Below the pieces are notes generated by a model. The model searched no databases. It was given only the letters and a program-made list of their open reading frames with translations, and had not been told where the DNA came from. DNA of 64,000 bases from Clostridia bacterium. Its GTDB lineage: Bacteria; Bacillota; Clostridia; Christensenellales; UBA1242. A program made the position numbers and the translations under genes. Location: contig JAFTMH010000002.1 in the NCBI GenBank assembly GCA_017452445.1, forward strand, positions 202,657 to 266,656, in the 5' to 3' direction. How positions within the stretch are numbered: position 1 is the first letter of the stretch; every line of letters starts with the position of its first letter. Shown one piece after another: positions 40,692-49,859 of the stretch.

Positions 40692-41330
40692 ATGAAAAAG
40701 AAAGGTTTGTTGATTTCGTTTGAGGGCGGCGAAGCATGTGGAAAGGGGACCCAAATTAAAAAAATAAAACAATATTTTGAAGACAACAATATTGACTATC
40801 TTATCACTAGAGAGCCTGGTGGCACAGAAGTCGGCGAACAATTGAGAAATTTGTTGTTGCATTCAAAAGCAGATATGTCGTCAGAAGTTGAATTTTTGAT
40901 TTTTAGTGCAAGCAGAAGACAAATTGTTGAAAAAGTTATTGCGCCAGCATTGGCAGAAGGAAAAGTTGTTGTGTTGGACAGATTTTATGATTCGAGTTAT
41001 GCATATCAAGGTTATGCAGGAAACATAAAAATCGAAGATGTCAAAGCAATCACAGATTTTGCGATTGCAGGATACGAAACGGATTTAACTTTTTTGCTTG
41101 ATGTGGATTATGATGAAGCGATGCGCAGAAAAATGAGCGACGAAAACTTAAAAAATCTTGACCGTATGGAATCAAAAGGAAGAGAATATCACGAAAATGT
41201 TCGTGCAGGATATTTGCAACTTGCAAAAGACAATCCACATCGAATTTTTGTTGTTGATGCTCTGCAAACACAAGAGGCTGTTTTTGAGTGCATTAAAAAC
41301 AGACTTGAAGAAGAACTCAAAAAAATGTAA
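40692..41330 (+). CDS. tmk: thymidylate kinase
   Basis: P-loop ISFEGGEACGKGTQ, TREPGGT and the DRFYDSSYAYQG motifs. Start placed at ATG 40692 (MKKKGLL) after GGAGAAG. Confidence 0.85.
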   Translation: MKKKGLLISFEGGEACGKGTQIKKIKQYFEDNNIDYLITREPGGTEVGEQLRNLLLHSKADMSSEVEFLIFSASRRQIVEKVIAPALAEGKVVVLDRFYDSSYAYQGYAGNIKIEDVKAITDFAIAGYETDLTFLLDVDYDEAMRRKMSDENLKNLDRMESKGREYHENVRAGYLQLAKDNPHRIFVVDALQTQEAVFECIKNRLEEELKKM

Positions 41331-41340
41331 AACAAACAAA

Positions 41341-41367
41341 AAAACGCGAATTTTCGCGTTTTTTTAA
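41341..41367. terminator. bidirectional terminator (tmk / hydrolase gene)
   Basis: AAAACGCG (41341-41348) / CGCGTTTT (41355-41362) hairpin flanked by an A-run and a T-run. It lies between convergent stops at 41330 (+) and 41389 (-). Confidence 0.65.
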
Positions 41368-41388
41368 TGCTTTTTATAAAAATTCAAA

Positions 41389-42870
41389 CTAAAAGTTGAA
41401 GAAATCAACAACATCTTGCCATACAACTGCTTTGTCAGTTTCGTTCAAAATTTCGTGTCTGTCATTTTTGTAGATTTTGATTTTTGAATCAATATTGTTT
41501 TTCAAATAGAAATTGTGCAAAGCTTCGACATCTTTTCCACCATTGTTTACAGGGTCTTGATCACCGGCAATAAAGAAGATTTTTTTGTTTCCAACTTTTG
41601 CAATGCCGTTGTTTACTTTTGTGATATTGTTTATCATACTTTTATAGAAGCTGAATGGAAAACTTCCGCCACAATATTCATCTGCTTGATAAGCTTTGAA
41701 TATTTCTTCATCTTTTGTGAGCCAGTTTCCGTTTTCAAATTTTTTGCCATAAGCTTTGATGCACATTTTTTCCACAAGTCCACCACGCTTGTTGTGATTT
41801 TTGAATGGGGACATAATGTTGATCAAAAGGTTGCCAAGTTTCATGATGCCTGCATCGCCACTTGCAGTGCCACACAAAACGGCTTTTTCCACAACTGGCG
41901 AACATTGAATAAGTTTTTGTGTAAGCATAGATCCATAAGAATGGCCAAACAAATAGATTGGCAAATTGTAAGAATTTGAAACTTCGTTTATGATGTTGAG
42001 TTGGTCGTTGATTGTTTCTGAGAAAATATCATTTTCACCAACACCCAAATCGCTTTTAGATGGCGCAGTTAAGCCGTGTCCACGCAAATCGCTTGCAACA
42101 ACAATAAAATCGTTTTTGTTGAGATATTCTGCAAAAGCTTTGTATCTTAAACTGTGTTCTTGCATTCCGTGAAGAAGGATAATCACAGCTTTTGGATTTT
42201 TTGTGTTGTCATACAGATAGACATTGAGTGGAAGATTGTTGTATCCAAGGATTGTAAAGTTTGCTGCTTCAAAAACTTCTTCTTTTTTTTCGGTTTTTTC
42301 AACTTTTTTTGTTGCCATTTTTTTGTTTGCAGCCTTTTTAGGTGCTGATTTTTTTGTGGCTGGTTTCTTCGCAGGCTTTTCCACAACTGCAGAGTTATCC
42401 ACAATTTTTTCTTCAACCGCAGCTTCAACTTTTTCTTCAGCTTCAACTTTTTTTGTTGTTGTCTTTTTAGTTGTTTTTGCTGCAGAAGTTTTGTTTGTTT
42501 GTGTTTTTGGTTTGCTTTCTGCCTTTTTTGGTGCTTCAGCTTTTGTTTCTTCAACTTTTGCAGGTTTTTCAACAACTTTTGCCTTTGCTTCAACTTTCTT
42601 AGCTGTTTGCTTTGCTTCTGGTTTTGCAGTCTCGGCTTTTTTTGCAACAGGTTTCTTTGCAGAAGTTGTCTTCTTTTCCACAATTTTTGTTTCTGGTTGT
42701 GTTGCAGCAGGTTTAGTTGCTGTTTTTGAAGTTGCCTTTTTTACAGCAGGTTTAGTTGTTTTTGTCGCAACTGCTGTTTTTGGTTCTGCTTTTTTTGTAG
42801 GCGCAGTTGTCTTTTTTGCAGTTTCAGCTTTTTTTGTTGCTGGCTTTTTAGTTGTCTTTTTTTCTTCCAT
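41389..42870 (-). CDS. alpha/beta hydrolase (lysophospholipase / monoacylglycerol lipase-like) with a Lys/Ala/Thr/Pro-rich N-terminal extension of about 200 aa
   Basis: Hydrolase core has HGMQEHSLRY and the nucleophile elbow GHSYGS. Start placed at ATG 42870 (MEEKKTTKK) after GGAGGA. The N-terminal third is low-complexity KKxxAKK-type sequence. Confidence 0.7.
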   Translation of the reverse strand: MEEKKTTKKPATKKAETAKKTTAPTKKAEPKTAVATKTTKPAVKKATSKTATKPAATQPETKIVEKKTTSAKKPVAKKAETAKPEAKQTAKKVEAKAKVVEKPAKVEETKAEAPKKAESKPKTQTNKTSAAKTTKKTTTKKVEAEEKVEAAVEEKIVDNSAVVEKPAKKPATKKSAPKKAANKKMATKKVEKTEKKEEVFEAANFTILGYNNLPLNVYLYDNTKNPKAVIILLHGMQEHSLRYKAFAEYLNKNDFIVVASDLRGHGLTAPSKSDLGVGENDIFSETINDQLNIINEVSNSYNLPIYLFGHSYGSMLTQKLIQCSPVVEKAVLCGTASGDAGIMKLGNLLINIMSPFKNHNKRGGLVEKMCIKAYGKKFENGNWLTKDEEIFKAYQADEYCGGSFPFSFYKSMINNITKVNNGIAKVGNKKIFFIAGDQDPVNNGGKDVEALHNFYLKNNIDSKIKIYKNDRHEILNETDKAVVWQDVVDFFNF

Positions 42871-42979
42871 AAAATCCTCCAAAAGTGCATAGATTTGCTC
42901 TATATATAGAGATTGTAGCACAAACTTTGTTTTTATTAAAACAAAATAAAAAAAATTTTATCTTTTTGATGGTGAAAAT

Positions 42980-43001
42980 AAAAAAAACAGGCAATGCCTG
43001 T
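42980..43001 (-). terminator. rho-independent terminator after the DUF2188-like gene
   Basis: Palindrome ACAGGCA-A-TGCCTGT (42987-43001), followed on the minus strand by T8. Confidence 0.55.
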
Positions 43002-43582
43002 TATTTTTTCTTTTGGAATTTTCCATCTTTTTTATGAACAATAAAGTTTACATCATTTGATTTTGACAATTGTTCGACTCTGTCCAAAGCTTCTTGCTTT
43101 GTCACGAAAGATGCAATAGTGCGTTTTGCACCATCTTTTTTGATAAGCCACAATCTTGCTTCTTTGTCATAAACAATGCGATAGATTGGTTTTCTTGAAG
43201 TATCTTTTTCTTCTTTTGCTTCAACTTTTTTCGCAGCAGTTTTTTTCGCAGTTGTTTTAGTTTCTTTTGCTTCTGTTTTTGAAGTTTCTGTCTTTTTAGG
43301 CGCAGTTTTTCCCCCAGAAGATTTGAGAGGGATTCTCTTTTCTGCAACAGGTTTTGTTTCTGTTTTTTCTTCTGTCTTTGCAGCAGTTTTTGTTGCAGCA
43401 GGCTTCTTTGCAGGAGTTGTTTTTGGTGATGCTTTTGCAGTTGTTGCTGGTTTTGTTGTTTCAGCAGGTTTTTCTTCAACAACAGTTTCATCAGCAGTCA
43501 CAACTCTTACTTCTTTCTTTTGTTGTTCTTCTTGTTGTTTAAGTTTTTCTTCTTTTTTCTTTTTTCTTGAAAATGGCCACAT
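43001..43582 (-). CDS. DUF2188-like protein with a Lys/Thr/Ala-rich N-terminal region
   Basis: The C-terminal 60 aa (YRIVYDKEARLWLIKKDGAKRTIASFVTKQEALDRVEQL...FIVHKKDGKF) fits the DUF2188 pattern. RBS is AGGAGA. The N-terminal ~130 aa are low-complexity and K/E/T/A-rich. Confidence 0.6.
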   Translation of the reverse strand: MWPFSRKKKKEEKLKQQEEQQKKEVRVVTADETVVEEKPAETTKPATTAKASPKTTPAKKPAATKTAAKTEEKTETKPVAEKRIPLKSSGGKTAPKKTETSKTEAKETKTTAKKTAAKKVEAKEEKDTSRKPIYRIVYDKEARLWLIKKDGAKRTIASFVTKQEALDRVEQLSKSNDVNFIVHKKDGKFQKKK

Positions 43583-43651
43583 AACTTTTCTCCTATGTTT
43601 AATTTATATTCAAATTATAAAACTTTTTTGAAAATTTTGCAAGATTTGTTT

Positions 43652-44185
43652 CTAATTATTTAAAATTTCTTTTTTATAGAGTTGCAAACTTTCTTCAATG
43701 ATTGCGAGTGCTCGATCACGATTGCCAAGTTCTTTGACTTCAACATTTTTGTTTTCAAGTTGTTTGTAGACTTTCAAAAAGTGCATAAGTTCGTCAAAAA
43801 TGTGTTGAGGCAATGCACTGATATCTCTGTAACAATTGTATTGTGGGTCGCCATAAGGGATTGCGATAACTTTTTCGTCTCTTTCTTCTCTGTCTGTCAT
43901 TATGATTACGCCGATAGGGAAGCATCTTACCAAACAAAGCCTTTCGAGAGGTTGACTGCAGAGTACAAACACATCAAGTGGGTCGTGATCACCACAATAT
44001 GTAAGTGGAATAAATCCATAGTTCATAGGGTAGTGTGTGCTTGTGTAAAGAACTCTGTCCATAATAAGACAGCCAGTTTCTTTGTCGAGTTCGTATTTTG
44101 TCTTGTCTCCTTGTTGAATTTCGATGCAGGCGACAAAATCTTCAGGTTTAACTCTTTGAGGATTTACATCTTTCCAAATATTCAT
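43652..44185 (-). CDS. ppa: inorganic diphosphatase (family I)
   Basis: 177 aa with family I PPase motifs (YELDKETG, YPMNYGFIP, GDHDPLDVFVL, DEKVIAIP). Confidence 0.9.
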   Translation of the reverse strand: MNIWKDVNPQRVKPEDFVACIEIQQGDKTKYELDKETGCLIMDRVLYTSTHYPMNYGFIPLTYCGDHDPLDVFVLCSQPLERLCLVRCFPIGVIIMTDREERDEKVIAIPYGDPQYNCYRDISALPQHIFDELMHFLKVYKQLENKNVEVKELGNRDRALAIIEESLQLYKKEILNN

Positions 44186-44216
44186 TAAAAACTCCTTCTG
44201 TTTTGCAAAATTTGAT

Positions 44217-44957
44217 TTAGTTTTTAGGTGTTTTGTCTTTTTTGTTTTTGCGATTTAAATAAATTTGATATGTTTTAGCATAAAAATTGTCAAATTTTTG
44301 TTCGGCCTTTTTGCCAAGTTTGCAATATTTTACAACAAAGAATGTTGGGACCATAATTGCAAATGATGCAACAAAGTCAATCCAATAGTGTTGTTTTGTA
44401 AACACAGTTGACATACAAACCAAAATGCCAATTATTGTGCCAATGATGCGATATGACCAATGCATTTCTTTTGTGTCGATGCAAGCAAGGCAACAAGCCA
44501 AGCCCATATAGCAGTGTTGTGATGGAAAAACATTTGTAGGGTGACTTGCATTCCAAGTCCAAACAACGAGTTTGTCTGTAAATGAATCTGGTGTAAAGTC
44601 AGGTTTGACAAATCTTGATTGGAAGAAGAAATAAATGATTCCTGAAATCAAGAAACTTACCACCAAAGTCAAAAAGATGTTGTAAAGTTTTGTTTTGTTT
44701 TTGTATGCCAAATAGAAAAATGTGAAAAGTCCAGCAGGAAATGTAAGGTAATATATGTAGACAAATGCTGGCACGAGAGGGATTTTGTCATCAAGTGCTG
44801 TGTGTGGCCAAGTTGTGCCATAGTGCCAATCGCCAGGTTGTGTGCCATTTGTGATCACTTGGTTGAGATACCAGCTGAGCAAAAGTGAAACGACAAAAAG
44901 CACCAACGGCAAAATTGAATAACTGATTTTTTTGATAAAGTTTATGATTTTATTCAT
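44217..44957 (-). CDS. PAP2 superfamily membrane protein (PAP2_C / sphingomyelin-synthase-like)
   Basis: Multi-TM protein with FPSQHC and TKQHYWIDFV (H-x3-D) motifs. Start placed at ATG 44957 (MNKIINF), which overlaps the stop of the upstream regulator gene by 8 nt. Confidence 0.55.
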   Translation of the reverse strand: MNKIINFIKKISYSILPLVLFVVSLLLSWYLNQVITNGTQPGDWHYGTTWPHTALDDKIPLVPAFVYIYYLTFPAGLFTFFYLAYKNKTKLYNIFLTLVVSFLISGIIYFFFQSRFVKPDFTPDSFTDKLVVWTWNASHPTNVFPSQHCYMGLACCLACIDTKEMHWSYRIIGTIIGILVCMSTVFTKQHYWIDFVASFAIMVPTFFVVKYCKLGKKAEQKFDNFYAKTYQIYLNRKNKKDKTPKN

Positions 44958-45600
44958 TTGATTGTCCTTCTTTTGATTCGTTTTCGTTTTGTTTCGCAAG
45001 TCGTTTTTTCTTTTTGATCCTTAGTTGAGACCACAAAATCAAAACAACTTGTGCCGGTATGCCAATAAAGTAAAGTGGCCAAAGGTTTATTATGCTTAAA
45101 AATTGCAAGTGGAATGCCAAAAGCAAAGTCCAAGTGAAAACAGACAGTGCTACAAAATTGAAGATTGGTTTGCCCCAAAGTGCATTGCAAATCAAAAGTG
45201 AGATTGAACATGCTGGGATTGCCCATATAAACAATGTCCACACAATTTTGTCTGCAAAAATGCGTAAAAAGACATAAAGCAAAATTGCCACCAACCAAAC
45301 GCAACTTGCTAAAAGCAAAGTGATGACAATTCTGTTTGTTGTCCAGTTGCTTTCCTTTGTCTTTGCAACAACTGCAAGTTTGTTTTTGAGGTTGTCTTCA
45401 ATCAAACTATTCATGCTGATGTTGTAGAATTTGCTGAGTTGCCAAAGGGTTTCAACATCAGGGACGGCATCGCCATTTTCCCACTTTGAAATCGTTTTGT
45501 CCGAATAACTCAGCTTTTGTGCAAGTTCGCTTTGTGTGAGTTTGTTTGCTTTTCTCAAGTATGCGAGATTTTCTGCAAGGTTTTTAAATTTGTTTTCCAT
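44950..45600 (-). CDS. membrane-tethered XRE-family HTH transcriptional regulator
   Basis: N-terminal Cro/C1-type HTH (LTQSELAQKLSYSDKTISKWENG) followed by about 4 predicted TM helices. Confidence 0.75.
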   Translation of the reverse strand: MENKFKNLAENLAYLRKANKLTQSELAQKLSYSDKTISKWENGDAVPDVETLWQLSKFYNISMNSLIEDNLKNKLAVVAKTKESNWTTNRIVITLLLASCVWLVAILLYVFLRIFADKIVWTLFIWAIPACSISLLICNALWGKPIFNFVALSVFTWTLLLAFHLQFLSIINLWPLYFIGIPAQVVLILWSQLRIKKKKRLAKQNENESKEGQSNE

Positions 45601-45834
45601 AGCAGTATTTTATCATAAAACAGCCCAAAACACAAGCGAATTATAGTAAATTCTCTTCTGGCGAGAGTTGGCGAAAGGTATATTCTCTCGTAATTAGAGA
45701 GTTGATTTTTTCTCTCTTTTCACAAACTCAAAGTGTAGAATTGAAAATGGTTAATTCTATTGAAGTTTGGGCATAATGATTGTTAGAATGAGAGCAACAC
45801 AAAGACAAAAAGTTTTTGTGCAAAGGAGGTTATT

Positions 45835-46674
45835 ATGAAAAAAGAAATCGTTTCCTTGGTTTTTTCGGTTGACAACAACAGTTTGCCATTTTTTGGCGTA
45901 ACGCTTAAAAGCATTTCGTCAACTTGTGATAAGAAAAGAATTTATGATATTTATGTTTTGCACGCAGGGCTTGATGTGCAAAAACAAAAGAGAGCAAAAC
46001 AGGATTTGCCACTCAACTTCAATCTTCAATTTGTTGATGTTTCAGAACAATTAAAAAAAGAAGAATGTGCCATTTTGAAAAATTATGGTCAAACAAAAAC
46101 AAACTTCTTCAAAATTTTTGCTGCACAAATGTTTGAAAATTTGGACAAGGTGTTGTATTTAGACTCAGACCTTGTTGTGTTGGAAGATATCAGCAAACTT
46201 TTTGACACAAACATCAAAGACAAGCTTGTGGGAGCTGTTATGGACTTGTCTGTTGAAAACAGCCGCAAGGACACAGAAGAAATTGCAAAAGCATACGACA
46301 TTGATGCTTCAAGATATTTCAACACTGGTGTTTTGTTGATGAACCTTAAACAAATGAGAAAGACAAAGTTTCAACAAAAATATCTCAAGACCTTGCAAGA
46401 TTTGGATTCGGTCATTTCGCCAGAACAAGATTGCTTTAATGTTGTGTGCAAATATCAAGTGAGCTATATTGATTTTTATTGGAATGTTATGCCGATTGAA
46501 GATGTTTGTCCAGATGACGAAGTCAAACTTATCAATTACAGCAATTTGTGGAAGCCTTGGATTTGTGAAAAAACAAAATACAGCAAACAATTTTGGGATG
46601 CTGCTTTTGGCAGTCAATATTATGAAGATGTGCTCAACATCAAATTGAAATATACAAACAATTTTGTATGTTAA
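45835..46674 (+). CDS. glycosyltransferase family 8
   Basis: GT8 signatures: YLDSDLVVLEDI (DxD) and FNTGVLLMNLKQMR. RBS is AAGGAGG. Confidence 0.8.
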   Translation: MKKEIVSLVFSVDNNSLPFFGVTLKSISSTCDKKRIYDIYVLHAGLDVQKQKRAKQDLPLNFNLQFVDVSEQLKKEECAILKNYGQTKTNFFKIFAAQMFENLDKVLYLDSDLVVLEDISKLFDTNIKDKLVGAVMDLSVENSRKDTEEIAKAYDIDASRYFNTGVLLMNLKQMRKTKFQQKYLKTLQDLDSVISPEQDCFNVVCKYQVSYIDFYWNVMPIEDVCPDDEVKLINYSNLWKPWICEKTKYSKQFWDAAFGSQYYEDVLNIKLKYTNNFVC

Positions 46675-46693
46675 AAACAATAATAAAAAAGAA

Positions 46694-46719
46694 AAGTGGA
46701 CAAAATATCCACTTTTTTT
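46694..46719. terminator. bidirectional terminator (GT8 gene / gatB)
   Basis: Stem AAGTGGA (46694-46700) / TCCACTT (46708-46714), an A-run before and a T-run after. It lies between convergent stops at 46674 and 46747. Confidence 0.7.
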
Positions 46720-46746
46720 GTTGTTTTTGAAAAATTTGATCGAATA

Positions 46747-48162
46747 TTAACCAAAAAGTTTTGCAATCAATGACTTAACTAATTCGCCATTTGCTTTGCC
46801 GGCTGTGTTTTTCATAACATAACCAACAATAAAACCGATAACTCTTTGAGGTTCTTTTTTGTAATCTTCAACAGCTTTTGGGTTGCTGTCTTTGAATGCT
46901 TGCAAAAGTGTTGTGATTTGTTCTTCTGAAATTGTTGTCAAAAGACCAAGTTCTTTTGCAAGAGTCATAGGATCTTTTCCTGTTTGAGCAACTTGGTCAA
47001 GAAGTTGAAGACCAACAGTTTTGTTGATTTTCTTTTCGTCAACCATCTTGATGATTTCTGCAAGTGGTTGTTCGGCAATAGGAAATTCAAATACTTCTTC
47101 TTCCTTTACGAGTTTGAGAAGGTCTGTCAAAATCCAGTTGCTGATTTTCTTTGGTGCATCATAAAATGAAACGCATTTTTTAAAATAGTCAGAAATATAT
47201 TTGCTTGAAGTCAAAATTCCAGCATCATAAGCAGGCAAGCCAAACTTTGTTTGATACATTTCTCTTCTTTCAACAGGAAGCATTGGCATTTCGCCTTTGA
47301 TGCGAAGCACATCTGCCAAATCAACTTCGATTGGCAAAATGTCTGGATCTGGGAAGTAACGATAGTCTTGTGCTTGTTCTTTTGATCTCATTGCAGTGTT
47401 TTTGCCTTTGTCATCGCTCCACTTTCTTGTTTCTTGAATGACTCTTTCGCCGCTGCCCAAAACTTCTGCTTGTCTTTTGATTTCGTATTCGATTGCTCTT
47501 GTTACACTCTTGAAAGAGTTGAGGTTTTTCATTTCAGTTCTTGTTCCAAACACTGGCGAACCTTTTGGTTTAAGTGACAAGTTGACATCGCATCTCATTC
47601 CACCTTCTTCCATTTTACATTCGGCAACATTTGCAAAAACAAGTGCTTCTCTAACTTTCTTCAAAAAGTCGTCAACTTCTTCTGCTGTTTCAAAGTCAGG
47701 TTCGGTTACGATTTCAATAAGAGGTGTTCCACCACGGTTGTAGTCAACCAAAGTGCCAACACTTTTGCTGATGTGTGTAAGTTTTCCCGCATCTTCTTCC
47801 AAATGGATTCTGTTGAGGCGAACTTCTTTGCCACTGTCAAGTTTTACAGAACCACCTTCGCAAAGAGGGTGAACCATTTGGCTGATTTGATATGCCTTTG
47901 AAAGGTCAGGGTAGAAATAGTTTTTTCTTTCCATCACTGCATAATCTGCAATCTTGCAACCAAAGCAAAGACCTGCTTTGATGCAAAGTTCGACTGCTTT
48001 TCTGTTGATTATAGGAAGTGCTCCTGGCATGCCTGTGCAAACAGGGCAAGTGTTTTTGTTTGGGTCAGCGCCAAATTCGTTTTTGCAACTGCAAAAAATC
48101 TTTGTGTTGGTGTTGAGTTCGGCATGGACTTCAAGTCCAATAACTACATCAAATGCAGACAT
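46747..48162 (-). CDS. gatB: Asp-tRNA(Asn)/Glu-tRNA(Gln) amidotransferase subunit B
   Basis: VIGLEVHAELNTNTKIFC and PGALPIxN are typical GatB motifs, and a C-terminal YqeY-like tail is present. It is the last gene of the aspS-gatCAB string. Confidence 0.95.
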   Translation of the reverse strand: MSAFDVVIGLEVHAELNTNTKIFCSCKNEFGADPNKNTCPVCTGMPGALPIINRKAVELCIKAGLCFGCKIADYAVMERKNYFYPDLSKAYQISQMVHPLCEGGSVKLDSGKEVRLNRIHLEEDAGKLTHISKSVGTLVDYNRGGTPLIEIVTEPDFETAEEVDDFLKKVREALVFANVAECKMEEGGMRCDVNLSLKPKGSPVFGTRTEMKNLNSFKSVTRAIEYEIKRQAEVLGSGERVIQETRKWSDDKGKNTAMRSKEQAQDYRYFPDPDILPIEVDLADVLRIKGEMPMLPVERREMYQTKFGLPAYDAGILTSSKYISDYFKKCVSFYDAPKKISNWILTDLLKLVKEEEVFEFPIAEQPLAEIIKMVDEKKINKTVGLQLLDQVAQTGKDPMTLAKELGLLTTISEEQITTLLQAFKDSNPKAVEDYKKEPQRVIGFIVGYVMKNTAGKANGELVKSLIAKLFG

Positions 48163-48164
48163 GT

Positions 48165-49571
48165 TTAGGCCTCCTTAATCTTTTTTGCGACATCATACAA
48201 AAGATGTTCGCTGTGTTTTTTTCCAATCACTTGAAGGCCAAGTGGCAATCCGTTTTCTGCTGTCGCATAAGGTATGCTTATTGCAGGCACACCGGCAATG
48301 CTTGCAGGTACGGTAAACAAATCTTCCAAATACATTGAGATTGGATCGTTTGCCTTTTCTCCAAGTTTGAATGCTGTGTAAGGTGTTGTAGGTGTGATGA
48401 TTGCATCACAATCAGCAAAAGCATCATCAAATTCTTGACCAAGCCAAGTTTGAAGTTTTCGAGCCTTGTTGTAGTAAGCATCAAAGTATCCACTTGAAAG
48501 CACGAAGTTTCCAAGGATAATTCTTCTTTTTACTTCTTTGCCAAAGCCTTCGCTTCTGCTTTTGATGTAAACATCTTCCAAAGTTTTTGCATCTGTTGCT
48601 CTTGTTGTGTATTTAACTCCATCAAAACGAGCAAGGTTTGAAGTTGCTTCAGCAGGAGTAAGCACATAATAGCAAGGCAAGCAACTTTCGATATGTGGGA
48701 CATCAACTTCTACAAATTCAAAACCTTTTTGTTTAAGTTTTTCAACTGCTTTTTCAAAATAGGTTGAAGAAGCAGATTGTTTGATTGACTGAGCAAGCTG
48801 TTTGCAAAGACCAAGTTTGTAAGTTGGTTTTGTTTCTGCTCTTTTCAATTCAATTGAAGTTTGGTCATTTTCATCTTTTCCGGCCATAATGTCGAAAACA
48901 TATTCGTTGTCTTCAACAGTTTTTGTGATTGGGCCTGCTTGGTCTGTCGAACTTGCAAAAGCCACAAGACCAAATCTTGAGATTGCACCATAAGTTGGTT
49001 TGATGCCAACCACACCGTTAAACGAACTTGGTTGTCTTACCGAACCACCTGTGTCAGTGCCGATTGCGATTGGTGCAAGGTCAGCAGCCACAGCCACAGC
49101 ACTTCCACCACTGCTTCCGCCAGAAACACAAGTTGGATCAATGGCATTTTTGCAAGGGCCATAAGCACTGTTTTCGCAACTTCCACCCATTGCAAACTCG
49201 TCCATATTTGCACGGGCGATAATGATTGCACCTTCTGCTTCAAGTTTTTTGACGATTGTTGCAGAGTATGGTGAAACGAAATCTTGCATAAACTTGCTTG
49301 CACAAGTCATCTTTTTGCCTTTGTTGAGAATGTTGTCTTTCACAATGATTGGCACTCCGGCAAGTTTGCCAAGTGTTTGTCCTTGAGCAATTTTGCTGTC
49401 AACTTCTTTTGCCTTTTCGATTGCATCATAAAAGATTTCCAAAACGGCATTGAGATCTTTTTTCTTTTCGCATTGAGAAATGTAAAAAGAAACAACATCT
49501 TCGCTTGTAAATTTTTGTGTTTTAATTCCTTCGACCAATTCTTTTACGGTCAATTGTGTAAAATCTGTCAT
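48165..49571 (-). CDS. gatA: Asp-tRNA(Asn)/Glu-tRNA(Gln) amidotransferase subunit A
   Basis: Amidase signature GGSSGGSAVAVAA...GTDTGGSVRQPS. The start overlaps the gatC stop (TAATG). Confidence 0.95.
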   Translation of the reverse strand: MTDFTQLTVKELVEGIKTQKFTSEDVVSFYISQCEKKKDLNAVLEIFYDAIEKAKEVDSKIAQGQTLGKLAGVPIIVKDNILNKGKKMTCASKFMQDFVSPYSATIVKKLEAEGAIIIARANMDEFAMGGSCENSAYGPCKNAIDPTCVSGGSSGGSAVAVAADLAPIAIGTDTGGSVRQPSSFNGVVGIKPTYGAISRFGLVAFASSTDQAGPITKTVEDNEYVFDIMAGKDENDQTSIELKRAETKPTYKLGLCKQLAQSIKQSASSTYFEKAVEKLKQKGFEFVEVDVPHIESCLPCYYVLTPAEATSNLARFDGVKYTTRATDAKTLEDVYIKSRSEGFGKEVKRRIILGNFVLSSGYFDAYYNKARKLQTWLGQEFDDAFADCDAIITPTTPYTAFKLGEKANDPISMYLEDLFTVPASIAGVPAISIPYATAENGLPLGLQVIGKKHSEHLLYDVAKKIKEA

Positions 49572-49849
49572 TATTCCACCACCATTGGAGTTACATAGCA
49601 GCCATCTTTTTTCTTAGGTGCATTTGCAACAACATCACATTCTTCTTTTTCAACAACTTCATCTTCACGAAGTTGCGACAAGCAAACTGCTTTCGACCTG
49701 TCTTCAAGTTCTGGCAAATCAAGTTGAGTGATTTGATCAACAAACTTTACAATGTTTGCAAAATCTTTTGCAAACTTTTCTTTTTCAGCATCATCAATTT
49801 TAAGTTTGCTTAATGCTTCCAAATATTCGATATCAAATTTTTCGTCCAT
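49571..49849 (-). CDS. gatC: Asp-tRNA(Asn)/Glu-tRNA(Gln) amidotransferase subunit C
   Basis: 92 aa with the GatC pattern (LSKLKIDDAEKEKFAKDFANIVKFVDQI...REDE). It sits between aspS and gatA. Confidence 0.9.
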   Translation of the reverse strand: MDEKFDIEYLEALSKLKIDDAEKEKFAKDFANIVKFVDQITQLDLPELEDRSKAVCLSQLREDEVVEKEECDVVANAPKKKDGCYVTPMVVE

Positions 49850-49859
49850 TTTTTACTCC

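Noticed and set aside
42183-43631. ORFs 42183..42683, 42224..42892, 42499..42729, 43102..43491, 43323..43631 and 43354..43542.
   Set aside because: They are alternative-frame or antisense readings of the Lys/Ala/Thr-rich low-complexity regions of the hydrolase and DUF2188 genes. They stay open only because of the biased repeat composition.
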